In this document: positions 26,698 to 30,353 of the stretch, one piece after another
How the letters are laid out: every line of letters begins with the position of its first letter
How positions within the stretch are numbered: position 1 is the stretch's first letter
The notes under the pieces: generated by a model
Seen by the model: the letters and a program-made list of their open reading frames with translations, nothing else
Database searches by the model: none
Told to the model about the DNA's origin: nothing
Assembly: GCA_964348355.1 (NCBI GenBank)
Contig: CAYGCI010000001.1
Location: 1-30,353, forward strand
Source: an uncultured Nitrosopumilaceae archaeon
GTDB taxonomy: Archaea; Thermoproteota; Nitrososphaeria; Nitrososphaerales; Nitrosopumilaceae
Direction: 5' to 3'
Length of the DNA stretch: 30,353 bases
Made by a program: the position numbers and the translations under genes

Positions 26698-26840
26698 TCC
26701 GGGATCGGGGGTTGCAGGTAGGCTGACCCCGCCGCAAGAGCTTTACCCCCTCCGGAGGTTGCGGCGTGGCGGGCACGGCAATCAGGGCCCCGGCCGGCAG
26801 TCCGCCTGAGGGGCAAACCCTTGCGCCAGCCGGGCCCCGT
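26698..26840. ncRNA. Candidate structured intergenic RNA or DNA element of unknown family
   Basis: 103 of 140 bases are G/C (26701-26840), between two AT-rich promoters, with several stems (see findings). No recognisable family motif. Confidence 0.4.
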
Positions 26841-26846
26841 AAACAA

Positions 26847-26853
26847 TTATAAT
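26847..26853 (+). promoter_or_regulatory. Putative TATA box of csl4
   Basis: TTATAAT, 22-28 nt upstream of ATG 26875. Confidence 0.5.
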
Positions 26854-26874
26854 TATCATAACAGGCGGTTTAGC

Positions 26875-27414
26875 ATGTCAAGCACTGCGCTGCCCGGCCA
26901 GAAAATTGCCTCGATCGAGGAGTTTGAGGCGGGGGAGAACACCTTTGATGACGGGGACATGGTCCGCGCCGCAGTCGTAGGCACGGTAAACATGGACAAA
27001 AAGGAAAGGATTGCCACCGTCACCAAGACGCAAAAGCAGCTGGCCCCAAAGGCTGGGGACATTGTTGTTGGAACCGTGGCAGCAGTAATGTCGTCCATGA
27101 TTGCAGTGAGCGTGGACTATATCAACGGAGTCAGGACAAAGGCGGGCATAGAGTGCATTTGCTCTACAAGAAACATCAGAAAGAGAACCGTGGCCCTGGT
27201 AAACGACATGATCACATTGAAAATCATCAGCCTGAACAACGGAACGCTGCATGCTGCCATGAACGAGTCAGGCCTGGGCGTGCTGTTCACAAAGTGCAGA
27301 AAGTGCGGACAGAAGGTCCTCCCGTACAGGGACGCGATAAAATGCAAGGAATGCTCCTGGATTGACGACAGAAAACTTTCCAGTGATTTTGGCAAAGCGA
27401 TATTTCTGGACTGA
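26875..27414 (+). CDS. csl4: Exosome complex RNA-binding protein Csl4
   Basis: LPGQKIASIEEFEAGENTF, S1 domain PKAGDIVVGTV, LGVLFTKCRKCG...CKEC and RKLSSDFG; real start ATG 26875. Confidence 0.93.
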   Translation: MSSTALPGQKIASIEEFEAGENTFDDGDMVRAAVVGTVNMDKKERIATVTKTQKQLAPKAGDIVVGTVAAVMSSMIAVSVDYINGVRTKAGIECICSTRNIRKRTVALVNDMITLKIISLNNGTLHAAMNESGLGVLFTKCRKCGQKVLPYRDAIKCKECSWIDDRKLSSDFGKAIFLD

Positions 27415-27420
27415 TCCAAG

Positions 27421-28236
27421 ATGGCCGGCGTTTCGTTCCAGGGCGAGCGAGGGGCATACAGCGAGGCCGCGGCGATCTCATTCTTTGGTGAGGACGTCCG
27501 GACCGTTCCATGTACGACGTTTGCAGAGGCCCTAGAGTCCGTCGTGAGCGGCAAGACAGACTATGCGGTCCTGCCGGTAGAAAACTCCATAGAGGGCAGC
27601 GTCGGGGAGAGCAACGACCTGCTCTATTCGACCGCCCTTAGCGTGGTCGGCGAAGAGTACCACAGGATAGAGCACTGCCTGATTGGCAGCGGCAGGCTAG
27701 GCCAGATCGATACGGTATACTCGCATCCGCAGGCGCTAGGACAGTGCAGGAGGTTCATCCAGTCGCACGGCATCAAGACGGTGCCGACATATGACACGGC
27801 GGGCAGTGTCGGGATTGTCAAGGAGATAAACCGGCAAAACGTCGCCTGCATTGCCAGCAAGCAGGCCTCAGACATCCACCAGCTGCCCATAATCGAGAGC
27901 AACATAGCAGACAATACTGGCAACTATACGCGGTTTTTGGTCCTGTCGAGAAAAAAGTCAGACGACCCTGGGAACAACAAGACATCGGTGATATTCTCAG
28001 TAAAGCACGAAAGGGGAGCCCTGTACAAGATAATGCAGGAATTCCACGAAAGTGGGATCAATCTCACCAAGATTGAGTCAAGGCCGACAAAGTCTACGGC
28101 ATGGGAGTACAACTTTTATGTAGATTTTGAGGGAAACGAGGGGGATCCCGAGGTATCGCAGACGATGGACAGAATCAGGAGCGAGGCCCTGTTCTTCAAG
28201 AGTCTGGGCTCCTACAGGGCAGCAAGGGTCGGCTAG
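27421..28236 (+). CDS. pheA: Prephenate dehydratase (PDT plus ACT domain)
   Basis: QGERGAYSE, PVENSIEGSV, YSHPQALGQC, NYTRF, INLTKIESRP and YNFYVD. Confidence 0.95.
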   Translation: MAGVSFQGERGAYSEAAAISFFGEDVRTVPCTTFAEALESVVSGKTDYAVLPVENSIEGSVGESNDLLYSTALSVVGEEYHRIEHCLIGSGRLGQIDTVYSHPQALGQCRRFIQSHGIKTVPTYDTAGSVGIVKEINRQNVACIASKQASDIHQLPIIESNIADNTGNYTRFLVLSRKKSDDPGNNKTSVIFSVKHERGALYKIMQEFHESGINLTKIESRPTKSTAWEYNFYVDFEGNEGDPEVSQTMDRIRSEALFFKSLGSYRAARVG

Positions 28237-28700
28237 AACCCCCTTGGCTTTCTGACGCTGAATCCGAGACTGAATCCTATGATAATCACGCCCGCAGTAA
28301 TTACAACAAAGTGGTACGCAAACAGGATTGGATCGGTGGCAACGTTCAGCGTGGCCCTCACATCAAGCACGGTGCTTCCGGTGTTTTGTATCCTGATGTC
28401 CGTAATGCCGCTTGCCATGTGCGTCCAGTCCAGCGTCAGCTCGTCCTTGTAGGAGTTCAGTGGAATCTGCAGTCCGTCTGCAGGGCTGGACAGCTCAAGA
28501 TCGAACTTTTCCCCGGTTATGTACATGTGCTGTGATGAGCCGTCCGGCCCGTTGATGTTATACGGCAGGGACTCTCCGACCTCGATCGTCTCCTCGATGT
28601 TCAGGGTCTGGGTGCCAATGGAGGCAACAAGCGCCGCAGCGCCGATTCCTATGATTGCAGCCCCGACAATGATTCCGATTATCGTCCGCCTGGTGAACAT
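28233..28700 (-). CDS. Hypothetical membrane protein (two terminal TM helices around a beta-rich domain)
   Basis: 155 aa with hydrophobic N- and C-termini; TTTTTAAG TATA-like box upstream. Confidence 0.75.
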   Translation of the reverse strand: MFTRRTIIGIIVGAAIIGIGAAALVASIGTQTLNIEETIEVGESLPYNINGPDGSSQHMYITGEKFDLELSSPADGLQIPLNSYKDELTLDWTHMASGITDIRIQNTGSTVLDVRATLNVATDPILFAYHFVVITAGVIIIGFSLGFSVRKPRGF

Positions 28701-28775
28701 GATTGTTTGATTTTCAATGATGCTTAAAAAACTAGTGGAGTTTTGCTGGAAAACGGGGACGCAGGGCCGAGTCTG

Positions 28776-30221
28776 CTACATCAGCGATACGTCGTGGGGC
28801 TGGCTCTCGGCAAACCCGGCGCCTGACATTTTTATAAACTCGGCGTTCTGCTGCATTTGGACAATGGTGCGCGCCCCGCAATAGCTCAGGCCCGAGCGTA
28901 TGCCGCCGCTCAGCTGCTTTATAATGTCGACTACCGTCCCCTTGTATGGAACCATGGCCTCCACCCCCTCGGCCACATAGTCGTTGAGGTCGTCTTCGAG
29001 CGCAGTGATGCCGGTCTCCTTTGACTTTCTGCCGATGGATGCGGCCAGCGACGCCATCCCACGGTAAACCTTGAACCGCTTGCCGTTCTTGGTCAGGACG
29101 GTTCCCGGAGACTCGTCTGTGCCCCCAAGCAGGCTTCCAACCATGACGGCCGATGCCCCCGCAGCCAGCGCCTTGGTTGCATCACCGGAGGTTCTCGTAC
29201 CGCCATCGGAGATTATCGGAACGCCGTTATCACGGCCTACCCTGGCGCACTCGATGACCGCGGTAAGCTGCGGGACGCCCGAGCCGGTAATGACCCGGGT
29301 AATGCAGATTGAGCCGGAGCCGACACCGACCTTTACAGCGTCGACTCCCGCCTTTATCAGGTCCTCTGCACCGGCGCCGGTCGCAACATTTCCTGCGATC
29401 AGCTCACAGTCGGGGAACGCCCTTTTGATGTTCCTCACGGTGCTGATCGCGTTCTCGCTGTGTCCGTGCGCGATATCCACTACAATGACGTCGGTATTTG
29501 CCTCTAGCAGCTGCTCTGCCCTCTCCATAAAGTCGCCCTTGACGCCGACGGCCGCGCCGACAAGCGGCCTGCCCTTTTTGTCCTTTACGGCGGCGGGAAA
29601 GTTTTCAATATCGGTAATGTCCTTGCTCGTGATCAGGCCCTTGACGCGGCCCGACTCGTCTACCAGGGGGAGCTTTTCAATCTTGTTCTCGTGCAGGACT
29701 GTCTTTGCCTCGTCTAGCCCGATCCCAAACCGTGCCGTGACGACGTCCCTTGTCATCACGTCCCTGATTGACTTTGACATGTCGGTCTCAAAGAGAAGAT
29801 CCCTTGCAGTTACAATCCCCACAAGCTTGGAATCCGAGTCAACAACTAGCAGTCCGGACGCCTCCTTTTCATCCACATAGTCTAGTGCGTTTTGAACGCT
29901 CTGCTGGGAGTTGATCGTGTAGGGGTTTTCAATCATTACGCTTCCCGAGCGCTTGACCTTTAGAACCTCGCTTACCTGCTCCTTGACGGTTAGGAATCTG
30001 TGAATTATGCCGATTCCGCCGTGCTGGGACATGGCTACTGCCATAGACGACTCTGTGACGGTATCCATGTTTGCGCTGACCAGGGGAATGTTCAGGGTGA
30101 TGTTGCGAGACAGTCTTGTACTGAGATTCGCCTGTGATCGGGTGGTGATATCTGAATATTTGGGTATGAGAAGAACGTCGTCAAAAGTTAATCCCTCCTT
30201 GAACTCCAATGAAACCTTCAT
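28776..30221 (-). CDS. guaB: Inosine-5'-monophosphate dehydrogenase with CBS pair
   Basis: GLTFDDVLL, SANMDTVT, GIGIIHR, DIAHGHS, GVGSGSICITR (catalytic Cys), YRGMAS and EGVE; TTG 30209 is an alternative start. Confidence 0.96.
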   Translation of the reverse strand: MKVSLEFKEGLTFDDVLLIPKYSDITTRSQANLSTRLSRNITLNIPLVSANMDTVTESSMAVAMSQHGGIGIIHRFLTVKEQVSEVLKVKRSGSVMIENPYTINSQQSVQNALDYVDEKEASGLLVVDSDSKLVGIVTARDLLFETDMSKSIRDVMTRDVVTARFGIGLDEAKTVLHENKIEKLPLVDESGRVKGLITSKDITDIENFPAAVKDKKGRPLVGAAVGVKGDFMERAEQLLEANTDVIVVDIAHGHSENAISTVRNIKRAFPDCELIAGNVATGAGAEDLIKAGVDAVKVGVGSGSICITRVITGSGVPQLTAVIECARVGRDNGVPIISDGGTRTSGDATKALAAGASAVMVGSLLGGTDESPGTVLTKNGKRFKVYRGMASLAASIGRKSKETGITALEDDLNDYVAEGVEAMVPYKGTVVDIIKQLSGGIRSGLSYCGARTIVQMQQNAEFIKMSGAGFAESQPHDVSLM

Positions 30222-30284
30222 CAGGGGTTTGAAAATGCATTATAAGCCTTTGTGTATTTTTAGGATCCGTGTTTCATATGAAAA

Positions 30285-30353
30285 TTAGTTCCGCCCCTCA
30301 TTAGTATCCTTCTCCATCCATTTGGGGTCGCTTTTCCTGATCGCTTTTGTGGC
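30285..30353 (-). CDS. 3' end of an unidentified gene (partial)
   Basis: Open frame ATKAIRKSDPKWMEKDTNEGRN* running off the window edge. Confidence 0.35.
   Translation of the reverse strand, partial: ATKAIRKSDPKWMEKDTNEGRN

Noticed and set aside
26698-26840. Assignment of the structured element to SRP RNA, RNase P RNA, 5S rRNA, H/ACA, C/D box or an HDV-like ribozyme
   Set aside because: No CAGG-N3-GNRA-N3-AGCA, no GAGGAAAGTCC, no 5S CCGAAC context, no K-turn with symmetric pocket and no box C. The HDV-like start GGCCGGC-A-GTCC-GCC lacks the L3 TCC and the P2 3' partner.
794-29880. Many long antisense or alternate-frame ORFs in the track (e.g. 794-1888, 2780-3565, 15900-16853, 18930-20060, 29071-29880)
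   Set aside because: These are shadow ORFs of GC-rich genes with recognisable products on the other strand or frame, with no motifs of their own (apart from the IS630 words in the tail of 2780-3565).
1-30353. CRISPR array, rRNA genes or known riboswitches
   Set aside because: No regularly spaced repeats, rRNA signature sequences or riboswitch consensus motifs were seen on either strand by eye.

Overview
Archaeal chromosome segment, most likely from an ammonia-oxidising Nitrososphaerota (Thaumarchaeota, Nitrosopumilaceae-like) genome. This assignment is inferred from tiaS, csl4, dph2, a class II HMG-CoA reductase, a ThiS-ThiF fusion, an archaeal initiator tRNA and TATA boxes about 25 bp upstream of starts. 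The GC-rich coding DNA and several decayed IS630 copies would fit a host-associated lineage, but that is not provable here. Left part (1-7.9 kb): surface-glycosylation cluster with two GT-C-like membrane proteins, RmlD, two GT2 enzymes and PGI/PMI, interrupted by decayed mobile DNA. Middle: a thrC plus ubiquitin-like/E1 fusion operon; a 1.1 kb islet with a tyrosine-integrase pseudogene and two tiny ORFs; and the his operon hisG-D-C-(HAD)-B-H-A-F-I, which lacks hisE. Right: hmgA, a PQQ-type sugar dehydrogenase, tRNA-iMet with a 15-nt D-loop intron, tiaS, an IS630 remnant, dph2, a TPR protein, an MDR oxidoreductase, csl4, pheA and guaB. Most of the window is housekeeping. Best leads: (1) an unexplained 74% GC, highly structured 140-bp intergenic element between the MDR gene and csl4; (2) the non-canonical intron in the initiator tRNA; (3) the ThrC/Ubl-E1 operon as a possible sulfur-carrier pathway. 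I found no clearly demonstrable novel multi-gene system.
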